From an uncultured Chloroflexia bacterium (GTDB taxonomy: Bacteria; Chloroflexota; Limnocylindria; Limnocylindrales; CSP1-4), in contig CAWHDR010000001.1 of NCBI GenBank assembly GCA_963828165.1, positions 1,984,001 through 2,048,000 on the forward strand: a stretch of DNA of 64,000 nt, written 5' to 3'. The stretch's first letter is position 1. Every line of letters begins with the position of its first letter. Under the pieces are notes generated by a model. That model worked only from the letters and a program-made list of their open reading frames with translations. It had not been told where the DNA came from and did no database searches. Positions 37,312-46,573 of this stretch are shown piece after piece. The translations under genes and the position numbers were made by a program.

Positions 37312-40082
37312 GGTACCGGGGCCGGGTCCTCCAGCGCGTACGCGACGATCTCGTCGAGACCCATCGACGCGCCTTCGGCGACGTAGCGCTGGAAGTCCTC
37401 GGGGCTGAGCACCGAGCGTGGGGACGGAGCATTGAATTGGGAATAGGTCTCCTCGACGTACATCGCGAGGGTCGTGCCGCTGGTGGCCTGCAGGTGGCGC
37501 GCCGCCCCGTAGAGTCGCCCGGCCCGCGGCGGGTCCCCGGCACTCACCGCGATCGACGCGAGGTCGTCGAGGATCAGCGTGATGCCGGCCACGTCGCCAG
37601 CGTCACGGAAATGTCCAAGAGCTGCCCGAGCGTTGGCGAGCGCGTCGTCGAACTTGCCCATGCCGATCTGGACGAGGCCGAGCATGTGCAGTGACCAGGC
37701 CTCCATCGTGCGATGCCCGGCCGCCCGATGGAGCTTGAGGGACTCGGTGTACCAGTGCTCGGCGGGCACGGAGTCGGACGTGAAGTAGTGGTAGCTCCCG
37801 AGGGCCCACAGGATGTTCCCCTCACCGGCCTGGTCGCCGGCCTCGCGATAGAGCGCGAGCGCCTCCTCGAGCTTCGCCAAGCCCACCGCGAATTTCGGCG
37901 CCTTCTGCGCCTCGGTCAGGTCACGGCCCGTCAGGCCCATGAGCGGCAGGATGTCGGCGTACGCGTCGTTGTAGAGCGCGTTCGCGATCTCACGCTTGTC
38001 TCCCTGCTCGCGCCAGATCCGGAGCGCCTCGTGATACCAGCGCTCGGCGGCCGGGTGATCCGCCTGCCAGTAGGCCACGCCACCGATCGCCTCCGCGAAG
38101 TGCGCCGCGCAGACGGGCTCGAGCGACCAGTCCTGCGCCGACATGGCTTCCAACCGCATGCGCGCCTCATTGAGGTAGCCGCGCTGCTGCCAGAACCGCC
38201 ACAGGGCGAACCCCATCCGAGCACCCAGGTCCGGGTCAGGCCGGGCGGTGGCCCACTCCAGCGCGGCGCGCAGGTTGTCGTGGTCTCGCTCCAACCGATC
38301 GAGCCAGTCGCGCTGCTCTTCCCCGGTCAGGTGCGGCTGCGCTCGCTCGGCGAGGTCGAGCAGCGCGTGCGCATGTCGCTCGGCGATCGCGTCCGCCTCA
38401 CCGCGGAGGGCCAGCATCTCGGCCGCGTACTCGCGGATCGTGTCGAGCATGGTGAACCGGGGCGGGCCGTCGCCGGTGCCCTCGTCGATCCGAACCAGGC
38501 TCTGGTCGACGAGCGCGCCGATGCCGTCGAACACGTCGATCCCGAGCTCGTCCGACGGGCCGCACACGGTCTCGGCCATCTCGAGCTCCCAGCCCCCGCG
38601 GAAGACGGACAGGCGGTCGACGAGGCGCTTCGCGCCATCATCGAGCAGGTCGTAGCTCCACGCGATCGCCCCGCGCAGCGTCTGCTGCCGCTCCGGCAGG
38701 TCGCGCGAACCCGCGGTCAGCAGCGCGAGGTGATGCTCCAGCCTTGCGAGGATCTGGTCGGGTGTCAGGAGCTTGATGCGCGCGGCGGCCAGTTCGATGG
38801 CAAGGGGCATGCCGTGCAGTCGGGCGGAGATCCCGGCCACCGCCGGGGCATTCGCGTTCGTCACCGCGAACCCGGGCTTGACCGCCGACGCGCGCGCGAT
38901 GAACAGCCGGACCGCCTCGAACTGGTTGAGCGCGTCGAGATCGAACTCGCGCAGCGCCCGAGGGAGGTTGAGCCGGTCGACTTCGGACAGCCGGCTCGTG
39001 TCGGGCGGGGCCGGGAGGCCCGGCACCGGGTACTCCTGTTCGCCCGACACCCGCAGCGCGATGCGGGTCGTGACGAGGCACGCGAGATTCGGGCAGCGCC
39101 GCAGGAGGTCGGCGACGATCGACCCGGCGGCAACGACCTGCTCGAAGTTGTCGAGGACCAGCAGCATCCGCTGCTCCCCGATGTGGTCGGCAAGCGTGTC
39201 CACGGCCGGGCGGTTGCGGCTGTCCGCCACGCCGAGCACGCGGGCGATCGTCGCGGCCACCAGGGTCGGGTCGCGGACCGGTTCGAGGGCCACGAACCAG
39301 ATCCCGTCCGGGAATTCGTCGGCGGCGGCCGCCGCGACCTGCAGCGAGAGCCGTGTCTTGCCGGTGCCGCCGGGACCGGTCAGGCTTAGCAGTCGGGTTC
39401 CGGCCAGCAACGCCACGGCCTCGCCGAGCTCCTTGTCGCGGCCGACGAACGTCGTCAACTGGGTCGGCAGGTTGTTCGGGCGGGCGTCCAGCGATCGCAG
39501 TGGTGGGAAGTCGGCCGGCACGCCATCGATGACGAGCTGGGCGAGGCGCTCGGGGGCGCGCAGGTCCTTCAGCCGATGCTCCCCGAGGTCGCGCAGGGTG
39601 ATCCCGTCGGGCAACGACCCGGCGACGAGGACGCGGGTCTGATCGCTGAGCAGGACCTGGCCGCCATGGGCGACCGCGGCGATCCGCGCCGTCCGATTGA
39701 TCGCGTACCCGATCACGTCGGCGCCGGTCGCTTCGATGTCGCCGGTGTGGAGTCCCATCCGCACGCGAACCGCGACACCGTCGGGCCACGGCTCGGCGGT
39801 GATCGCTCGCTGCGCCGCGGCGGCCGCCCTGATCGCATCGAACGCGCCACGAAAGATCACGAAGAACGAGTCGCCTTCGGTGCCCTGCTCATGGCCGCCG
39901 TGGGCCTCGAAGGCCGCCCGGAGCAGCTCACGGTGTCGTTCTCGAATGTCGCGATACGGGCCCGTGCCCAGCTCGATCTCGAGGCGCGTGGAGCCCTCGA
40001 TGTCGGTGAACAGGCAGGTGACGGTCCCGATCGGCGCGCCGGATGCGCCGGATGACCCGGACGCGCCGGGGGTTCCGGTCAC
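37308..40082 (-). CDS. Class III nucleotide cyclase fused to STAND/NB-ARC-like ATPase and TPRs
   Basis: LFTDIEGST, EGDSFF, VRMGLHTG, INRTAR, GGQVLLS; NNLP...FVGR, GPGGTGKT, LLVLDNFE, GMPLAIELAAAR, TPR-like tail; start taken at GTG 40082. Confidence 0.9.
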   Translation of the reverse strand: MTGTPGASGSSGASGAPIGTVTCLFTDIEGSTRLEIELGTGPYRDIRERHRELLRAAFEAHGGHEQGTEGDSFFVIFRGAFDAIRAAAAAQRAITAEPWPDGVAVRVRMGLHTGDIEATGADVIGYAINRTARIAAVAHGGQVLLSDQTRVLVAGSLPDGITLRDLGEHRLKDLRAPERLAQLVIDGVPADFPPLRSLDARPNNLPTQLTTFVGRDKELGEAVALLAGTRLLSLTGPGGTGKTRLSLQVAAAAADEFPDGIWFVALEPVRDPTLVAATIARVLGVADSRNRPAVDTLADHIGEQRMLLVLDNFEQVVAAGSIVADLLRRCPNLACLVTTRIALRVSGEQEYPVPGLPAPPDTSRLSEVDRLNLPRALREFDLDALNQFEAVRLFIARASAVKPGFAVTNANAPAVAGISARLHGMPLAIELAAARIKLLTPDQILARLEHHLALLTAGSRDLPERQQTLRGAIAWSYDLLDDGAKRLVDRLSVFRGGWELEMAETVCGPSDELGIDVFDGIGALVDQSLVRIDEGTGDGPPRFTMLDTIREYAAEMLALRGEADAIAERHAHALLDLAERAQPHLTGEEQRDWLDRLERDHDNLRAALEWATARPDPDLGARMGFALWRFWQQRGYLNEARMRLEAMSAQDWSLEPVCAAHFAEAIGGVAYWQADHPAAERWYHEALRIWREQGDKREIANALYNDAYADILPLMGLTGRDLTEAQKAPKFAVGLAKLEEALALYREAGDQAGEGNILWALGSYHYFTSDSVPAEHWYTESLKLHRAAGHRTMEAWSLHMLGLVQIGMGKFDDALANARAALGHFRDAGDVAGITLILDDLASIAVSAGDPPRAGRLYGAARHLQATSGTTLAMYVEETYSQFNAPSPRSVLSPEDFQRYVAEGASMGLDEIVAYALEDPAPVP

Positions 40083-40102
40083 GGTGGTGTCTCGCGGATC
40101 GG

Positions 40103-40531
40103 TCAGTGCCGGCCGGCTTCGGTCAGCGTCCGAAGCCGCCCGGCCAGGCCGCGCAACAGCGCGAGTGCCACGGAAGGCTGTTCGTTGATGACCGCCTCGA
40201 GCTCCCAGGTGGCGAGCGCAAGGCACGTGGTCTCGCCATCGGCGACGACCTGGGCGATCCGTGGCAGCCCATCCAGCACGGATAGCTCGCCGAAGAAGTC
40301 TCCCGGTCCGAGCGTGGCGATGGTCTTACCGTCGCGGACCACCCGTGCGCCGCCGCGCGCGATCTGGAAGAACCCGGTGCCCACTTCGCCCTGGCGGGCG
40401 ATGACGTGGCCATCCGTGAAGACGACCTCGATCGTGCGATCCGCGATCCGCTCGAGCCCGGCCGCGTCGACACCGGCCAGCAGAGGCGCGGCGGCCAGCA
40501 GCTCCGTCTTGCGGTCGCGCGTCAATGTCAT
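40103..40531 (-). CDS. Stand-alone cyclic nucleotide-binding domain protein
   Basis: GHVIARQGEVG, LGPGDFFGELSVLDGLPRIAQV phosphate-binding cassette; GGAGG SD. Confidence 0.88.
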   Translation of the reverse strand: MTLTRDRKTELLAAAPLLAGVDAAGLERIADRTIEVVFTDGHVIARQGEVGTGFFQIARGGARVVRDGKTIATLGPGDFFGELSVLDGLPRIAQVVADGETTCLALATWELEAVINEQPSVALALLRGLAGRLRTLTEAGRH

Positions 40532-40691
40532 CGGGATCCCTCCAGGCATCACGTTCGTCGTCGCGTGGGCACGCCATCCTCCGCCCGGTCGTGATGCTGC
40601 GCCGCGCGACCGAGAGCGTCAAGGTCGCCAGTGTCGTCCTGATGACGAAGGCCGCTTCACGCGACGACGCGCGCGTGGCACCATGCGAATT

Positions 40692-41114
40692 ATGGCCGCC
40701 CAGGACGAGCTCATCGACGCGATCGCCGGCTTCGGCCTGTTCGCGGACCTGACGTCGCCGCAACTCGAAGGCGTCGCCCACACGTTCGAGGAGGTGGCCT
40801 ACGCGGAGGGCCAGAAGATCCTCCATCAGGGGCTCAGCGGGTCGGGCTTCCACGTGATCCTCGACGGCGAGGTCGCGGTCGTCGTCGACGGTGAGGAGCG
40901 CGCGCGTCTCGCCCGCGGCGAGTTCTTCGGTGAGGTCTCGATCTTCCTCGGTGAGGCCCCCATCGCCGACATCGTGGCCACCCGGCCGCTGCGCTGCCTC
41001 GTCCTGGCGGGGCCGCGGGTGGAGCCGTTCCTGATCGCCCATCCACGCGTGATGTACCGCATGCTCCAGGCGCAGGCACGCCGTCTGCGAGCGGCGAATC
41101 GATGGCGGAGCTGA
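40692..41114 (+). CDS. Stand-alone cyclic nucleotide-binding domain protein (atypical cassette)
   Basis: GQKILHQG, GFHVILDGEV, LARGEFFGEVSIFLGEAPIADIV (no conserved Arg). Confidence 0.85.
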   Translation: MAAQDELIDAIAGFGLFADLTSPQLEGVAHTFEEVAYAEGQKILHQGLSGSGFHVILDGEVAVVVDGEERARLARGEFFGEVSIFLGEAPIADIVATRPLRCLVLAGPRVEPFLIAHPRVMYRMLQAQARRLRAANRWRS

Positions 41115-42652
41115 CCGGGCCGGCCGCGGAGGACCGCCCGTCCCCACCCGGCGACTACCCGGTGGTCGTGATCGGCTCCGGACCCGGCGGGCTGCAGGCG
41201 TCGTACTCGCTGGCGCGCCAGGGGATCGGGCACGCGACGATCTCCGCGGACCCGGGACCCGGTGGCATGTTCCGGCGCTGGCCGTTCTTCCAGCGACTGC
41301 TGTCCTGGACCAAGCCGCACGCCCCTGCCCCGAGAGGCTCGCGCGCGTACGAGCGGTTTGACTGGAACAGCCTCCTGGGCGAGGACGCCGAGACCCGGGC
41401 GCTCCAGCCCGAGTTCATGGATGGCTCCTCGTACTTTCCGTCCCGGCCGGAGATGGAGGCGAACCTCACGGCATTCGCCGAGCGCGGCGCCGTGGCGGTC
41501 CGCTACGGCTGCCGCTGGACCGGGACACAGCTCGAGGAGGGTCCGGACGGGCGCCGGTTCGTCGTCAAGACCTCCGACGGGACGTACCGCGCCGAGGCGC
41601 TCATCGTCGCCGTCGGCGTGTCCGAGCCCTACATCCCGCCGGGCGCCGGGATGGAGCATGCGCGGCACTACGCGGACGTCCAGGAAGCCCAGAGCTATGC
41701 CGGGAAGCGCGTCTTCATCGTCGGCAAGCAGAACTCCGGGTTCGAGCTTGCCAACGGCCTTCTGCCGTGGGCGCGTCAGCTGGTGCTCGCGTCGCCGTCG
41801 ACGGCGCGCCTCTCGGTCGATACCCGCTCATTGGTCGGCGTCCGCGCCCGGTATGTCCAGCCATACGAGGACCACGTGCTCGGTGGCGGTGTCGCCATCC
41901 TCGACGCCGCGATCGAGCGCATCGAGCCGGTGTCCGGCGGTGACGGAGCCTTGTCGGTGCACCTGCGGCGTACCGACGGAGGCGGCGACCTCGCGCTCGA
42001 GGTGGATGAGGTGATCTCGGCCACGGGGTTCGTCTGCCCGCTCCAGGACCTGCCCGATCTCGGGGTCACGACGATCGGTGCCAGCAGGTTGCCCGGGCAG
42101 ACGGCGTGGTGGGAGAGCACGACGGTGCCCGGCCTGTTCTTCGCCGGGACGATCGGACAGGGCGCGAAGGGCCTCCAGCGACACGGCCAGCCGAGCAACT
42201 CCGGAGCGGTCCACGGGGCCCGCTACAACGCCCGGCTCTTGGTGAGGCGACTCGCTGAGACTCGGTTCGGGGTTGCGCCGCCGCGCCCGCAGGTGGCGGC
42301 CGCCGACGTGGTGGACCTCGTGACCAGCGAGCTGGCCGAAGCGCCCGAGCTGTGGCATCAGCGCGGCTACCTCGCCCGGGTGATCACCGCCGACCCGGAC
42401 GCCGGGCTGGTGGACGACGGTGTCCAGCCGCTCAGCCACGTCCTGGATGCCGGCGGCTCCGACGCACTGGCGTTCACGCTCGAGGCAGACGGGACAGGCG
42501 CGATCTACCCGGTGTTGTACAGCCGGATCCGGGGTGCGGTCTCAGAGCGGATGGTCGACCCGGATCCGTTGCTGCGCTACGACGGGCCGGACACCCGGAG
42601 CGTCATCGAGGAGGTCGTGCGGTCGGTGGTGCCGGGCGCCGTCGCTCGCTAG
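41102..42652 (+). CDS. FAD/NAD(P)-dependent oxidoreductase, FOXRED2-like
   Basis: VIGSGPGGLQ, PGGMFRRWP...LLSWTK, DWNSLL, YFP, GKRVFIVGKQNSGFE, GLFFAGT, SGAVHGARY. Confidence 0.8.
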   Translation: MAELTGPAAEDRPSPPGDYPVVVIGSGPGGLQASYSLARQGIGHATISADPGPGGMFRRWPFFQRLLSWTKPHAPAPRGSRAYERFDWNSLLGEDAETRALQPEFMDGSSYFPSRPEMEANLTAFAERGAVAVRYGCRWTGTQLEEGPDGRRFVVKTSDGTYRAEALIVAVGVSEPYIPPGAGMEHARHYADVQEAQSYAGKRVFIVGKQNSGFELANGLLPWARQLVLASPSTARLSVDTRSLVGVRARYVQPYEDHVLGGGVAILDAAIERIEPVSGGDGALSVHLRRTDGGGDLALEVDEVISATGFVCPLQDLPDLGVTTIGASRLPGQTAWWESTTVPGLFFAGTIGQGAKGLQRHGQPSNSGAVHGARYNARLLVRRLAETRFGVAPPRPQVAAADVVDLVTSELAEAPELWHQRGYLARVITADPDAGLVDDGVQPLSHVLDAGGSDALAFTLEADGTGAIYPVLYSRIRGAVSERMVDPDPLLRYDGPDTRSVIEEVVRSVVPGAVAR

Positions 42653-43818
42653 GTCGCGCCCAGGCGGGCGAGCCGGGCCGCGGCGGCCTCCAGCGTGGCG
42701 AGCTGCTTGGGGAACGCGAAGCGCAGCTTCGTGCGGCCGAGCTCCGGACGCGAGAAGAACGACGATCCAGGTACCCCCGCCACACCCGGGTCGCGGATGA
42801 GCCGGTGGGCGAAGGTCACGTCGTCCTCGTCGGTCAGGTCGCGGATGTCGGTCATGACGTAGTACGCGCCGGCCGGGCGGTGCACGCGGAACCCGGCCGC
42901 CTCGAGTGCCGGGACGAGGACGTCGCGCCGTTCCCGGTATGCCGCCAGGAGGTCCGTGTAGTAGGCGGGCGGGAACCCCAGCGCCGTCACGGCCGCGGCC
43001 TGGAGCGGGGCCGCTGCCCCGACGGTCAGGAAGTCGTGGACGCGCCGGATGCCCACCGACAGGTCGGCCGGAGCGATCGTCCAGCCGATCCGCCAACCGG
43101 TCACCGAGTACGTCTTGGACATCGAGTGGATCGAAACCGTCCGCTCCGCCATCCCGGGTAGCGTCGCGAGGGGGATGTGCTCTCCCTCGAACACGAGGTG
43201 CTCGTAGATGTCGTCCGTGAAGGCGATGACGTCGTGCTCCTGGCACAGATCGGCGATGAGCTGGAGCTCGTCGCGCGAGAAGACCTTGCCCGTGGGGTTG
43301 TGTGGCGAGTTGACGACGATGCCCCGGGTCTTCGCGTTGAATGCCGCCCGCAGCTCATCGGGGTCGATGGACCAGTCGGGCTCGTGGAGCGTCACGTAGC
43401 GCGGGGTGGCGTCGCTGAGGATCGCGTCGGGGCCGTAGTTCTCGTAGTACGGCTCGAAGACGACCACCTCGTCGCCGGGATCGAGGATGCCGAGCATGGC
43501 GGCGATCATCGCCTCGGTCGCGCCACAGGTGACGGTGACCTGGGTCTCGGGATCGATGTCGCCCCAGGCCGGGACGTGTCTCGGGGTGGTCTCGGCGATG
43601 GCATCACGCAGCGGCTTGGAGCCCCACGTGATGGCGTACTGGTTGATGTCCGCGTCGACGGCCTCGGCGACGGCGCGTTTGAGCTCCGGTGGACAGGCGA
43701 AGTCCGGGAAACCCTGGGCGAGGCTGACGGCCCCGTGCGCCACTGCCTGGCGATTCATGTCGCGGATGACCGACTCGGTGAATCGCTCTGCCTTGGCCGA
43801 GATCCTCGAAGGTCGCAT
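42649..43818 (-). CDS. Class I/II PLP aminotransferase (YbdL-like)
   Basis: LAQGFPDF, VTCGATEA, EPYYENY, NSPHNPTG, DDIYEH, SMSKTYSVTGWRIG. Confidence 0.9.
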   Translation of the reverse strand: MRPSRISAKAERFTESVIRDMNRQAVAHGAVSLAQGFPDFACPPELKRAVAEAVDADINQYAITWGSKPLRDAIAETTPRHVPAWGDIDPETQVTVTCGATEAMIAAMLGILDPGDEVVVFEPYYENYGPDAILSDATPRYVTLHEPDWSIDPDELRAAFNAKTRGIVVNSPHNPTGKVFSRDELQLIADLCQEHDVIAFTDDIYEHLVFEGEHIPLATLPGMAERTVSIHSMSKTYSVTGWRIGWTIAPADLSVGIRRVHDFLTVGAAAPLQAAAVTALGFPPAYYTDLLAAYRERRDVLVPALEAAGFRVHRPAGAYYVMTDIRDLTDEDDVTFAHRLIRDPGVAGVPGSSFFSRPELGRTKLRFAFPKQLATLEAAAARLARLGAT

Positions 43819-43836
43819 CGCGCCGAAGTCTAGGGC

Positions 43837-45957
43837 TCAGACCAGGTGGCGGGGGATGCGCTCGGACCAGGAGCGCTCGAAGAAGCGGACGCCATCGACG
43901 TCGACCTCGAGCCGGACAGTCAGGTCGAAGTCGGTCGCGCTGCTCGTCTGCCGGGAGTCCGCCCTGATCTCGATGCGGGTCAGCTCGCCGTCGCGGCCGC
44001 TCTCCCGCTCCTGCCAGCGATAGACGACGTGTGCGTCGAGCTCCGCGCGAGCCGGGTCGGCGTCCCAGGCCGTCATGCGCAGCGTCTCGGCCGCGTACAG
44101 GCGCCGGCCATCGGGCACGATCGTCTCGCCGCCGTCGTGGACATGGACGGTCACGGAGCCCCCGATCACGTCCTCGTCGATGCGCCACACCGGCGGGTCC
44201 ATCACGGCCGCGCCCCCGCCGTCCAGCGGGTTCGCGCGCGGCCAGTGCAGGTCGGGTGGCTGGGTCCGGAATGCCGGCGCGGCCGCGTCGCCCGGACCGC
44301 TGGCGGGCGGGACCACCGGGAGCTCGAGGCGCGACGGCGTGGCGGGCCCGCGATGCACCCGGAACGTAGCCGGATACGGCGACGGCCACAGCACGGGCCA
44401 CAGCGACGAGGCGAGCGCGACCCGGATGCGGTGACCCGGCAGCCACCGATAGCCGGCGGTCCGAAGCGGCACCCGGATCTCCTCGACGACGCCGGGCCGC
44501 AGTGGCTCCGGGTCGGTATGCGAGCGGCGATGGGTCAGGTTCAGCACGCCGGCGCTGACCAGGGCCACGCTGCCGTCCGGAGCCACGTCCGACAGCCGCA
44601 CCGAGAGGGTCGCCACGGGGGCGTCGACGTCGACGTGGACGACGACTTGCGGGACGCCGAGGATCTCGATCGGTCCGTCCAAGGGGTCGGACGTGTAGGT
44701 CGGGCCGGCATCCTCGTCCCGACGGAGGTCGCGCGCGAGGCCGTTCGGAGCGTCGCCGGCGCCCCACGACAGGGGGCCACGCGTGCCGGCGGTCGGCCGG
44801 TGGACGAACGTATCGATCGACTCGCCGCCGTCCACGCCCGACTGGACGAGCCGCCCGGCCAGCGGAACCGCTCCCGCCCCGAATGACCAGGGTCGGGCGA
44901 CGGTCTCCGGATGCGGGTAGGCGCTTGCCGCGCGCCAGCGGCCGGGCGATCCCGCTGGGAACGGCGCCGGCGGTGCCCATTCCCGCTCGAACCAGACGAC
45001 GGCCGGCTCGGTGTCCCAGCCGTTGTCGGCCCCGCGCAGGTGCCGATCGAAGAATCGAGCGATCTCGTGCAGCTCGTCGAGGTTGGGGCCCGGCGCGGCC
45101 TCGTGCGGCCACGAATGCACCCAGTTCCCGACGAGCGTGTGCGACGGCGCCGGGCAGCGGGCCTGCATCCGGAACGCCGGGTCGACATAGCTGTCCTGCC
45201 AGCCGCCGATGTTGAAGATCGCGGCTTCGATCCCGTCGTAGTCGGGCGCGAGCGAGCCTTGGCGCCAGTACGGTCCGTCGGTCTGCTGTCGGAGCCAGGC
45301 GAACAGCCACGGCGGCGTGGCGTCCAGCCGGGCGAGCCATTCGTCGCGCCATGCGGCGCCTCGGAACGCCGCGTCGGGCGGCATCGCGTTCATCGCGACC
45401 TGGCTCACCGCGTACTGCGAGAGCTCGCTGACCGTGACGCAGCCGCCCCGATAGTGCACGTCGTCGAGATATCGGTCGTCCGTGGCCATGACCGGCACGA
45501 TCGCGCGCAGGTGTGGCGGGCGCAGGGCCGCGACCTGGATCGCCGTGAAGCCGCCGTAGCTGATCCCCCACATGCCGACCGCGCCATCGCACCATGGCTG
45601 CGCGGCCAGCCACTCGACCGCGTCGTATCCGTCCCGTGTCTCGTCCGCCGTGTACTCGTCCAGCGCCACGCCGCCGGACGATCCCGTGCCGCGGACGTCA
45701 ACACGGCAGAGCGCGTAGCCGCGGGCCGCGAACCACTCGCCACGGGTGATGTCCGACGCCCGTCGCCAGTTGTCCTTGCCGTACGGGATCATCTCCAAGA
45801 TGGCCGGGAAGGCCTCGTCCGGGGCGTCGGGACGGGGGAGGGGCCGCCAGATATTGGCCGACAGCTCGACCCCGTCGCGCGCCGGGATCCGAACATCCCA
45901 GTCGACCGCGACCTCGTGCCTCGGTTCGCTGGCCGTTCGCGGATCCGGGTCGGTCAC
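43837..45957 (-). CDS. CocE/NonD family hydrolase
   Basis: RDGVELSA, PYGKD, DVRGTGSS, GMWGISYGG, GGWQDSY, GNWVH, C-terminal jelly-roll (GHRIRVAL); TAGACT-N7-GTG start. Confidence 0.9.
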   Translation of the reverse strand: MTDPDPRTASEPRHEVAVDWDVRIPARDGVELSANIWRPLPRPDAPDEAFPAILEMIPYGKDNWRRASDITRGEWFAARGYALCRVDVRGTGSSGGVALDEYTADETRDGYDAVEWLAAQPWCDGAVGMWGISYGGFTAIQVAALRPPHLRAIVPVMATDDRYLDDVHYRGGCVTVSELSQYAVSQVAMNAMPPDAAFRGAAWRDEWLARLDATPPWLFAWLRQQTDGPYWRQGSLAPDYDGIEAAIFNIGGWQDSYVDPAFRMQARCPAPSHTLVGNWVHSWPHEAAPGPNLDELHEIARFFDRHLRGADNGWDTEPAVVWFEREWAPPAPFPAGSPGRWRAASAYPHPETVARPWSFGAGAVPLAGRLVQSGVDGGESIDTFVHRPTAGTRGPLSWGAGDAPNGLARDLRRDEDAGPTYTSDPLDGPIEILGVPQVVVHVDVDAPVATLSVRLSDVAPDGSVALVSAGVLNLTHRRSHTDPEPLRPGVVEEIRVPLRTAGYRWLPGHRIRVALASSLWPVLWPSPYPATFRVHRGPATPSRLELPVVPPASGPGDAAAPAFRTQPPDLHWPRANPLDGGGAAVMDPPVWRIDEDVIGGSVTVHVHDGGETIVPDGRRLYAAETLRMTAWDADPARAELDAHVVYRWQERESGRDGELTRIEIRADSRQTSSATDFDLTVRLEVDVDGVRFFERSWSERIPRHLV

Positions 45958-46024
45958 GTCGGGGAGTCTAGAGCCGTCGTGCGACGTGCCGACGGGCGAG
46001 CCCGTGCCATGCGACGATGCCGCC

Positions 46025-46573
46025 ATGGACGGGCGCTTCGCACGAAACAGCCGGCGCGTCGCGTATCAGAACGCGTGGATCACCGTGTGGCACGACGAGG
46101 TCACCCGCCCCGACGGCAACCCCGGGATCTACGGCGTCGTGCACTTCGCCAACCGGGCGGTCGGCGTCGTCGCGATCGACGATGACGATCGACTCGTCCT
46201 CGTCGGCCAGCACCGCTATCCGCTGGAGCACGAGTCGTGGGAGATCCCGGAAGGCGGCGTAGCGGTCGACGAGGACCCGGTGGTGGGCGCCCAGCGCGAG
46301 CTCCGCGAGGAGACCGGCCTGACGGCGACGTCCTGGCGCGAGCTGTGCCGGCTCGAGTTGTCCAATTCGGTGACCGACGAGACGGCGGTCCTGTTCGTCG
46401 CGGCCGGCCTCACCGCCGGCGAGTCCGATCCAGAGCCCACGGAGTCCATCGAGGTCCGCTGGGTGCCGTTCGAGGAGGCCCTCGCGATGATCCTCGACGG
46501 GCGGATCACCGACGCGCTGTCCGTCGTGGCGATCCAGCGGGTCGCCCTGGACCGACTGACTGCGAGGCCATGA
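46025..46573 (+). CDS. NUDIX hydrolase (ADP-ribose pyrophosphatase-like)
   Basis: QHRYP, WEIPEGG...AQRELREETG Nudix box, EPTE. Confidence 0.9.
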   Translation: MDGRFARNSRRVAYQNAWITVWHDEVTRPDGNPGIYGVVHFANRAVGVVAIDDDDRLVLVGQHRYPLEHESWEIPEGGVAVDEDPVVGAQRELREETGLTATSWRELCRLELSNSVTDETAVLFVAAGLTAGESDPEPTESIEVRWVPFEEALAMILDGRITDALSVVAIQRVALDRLTARP

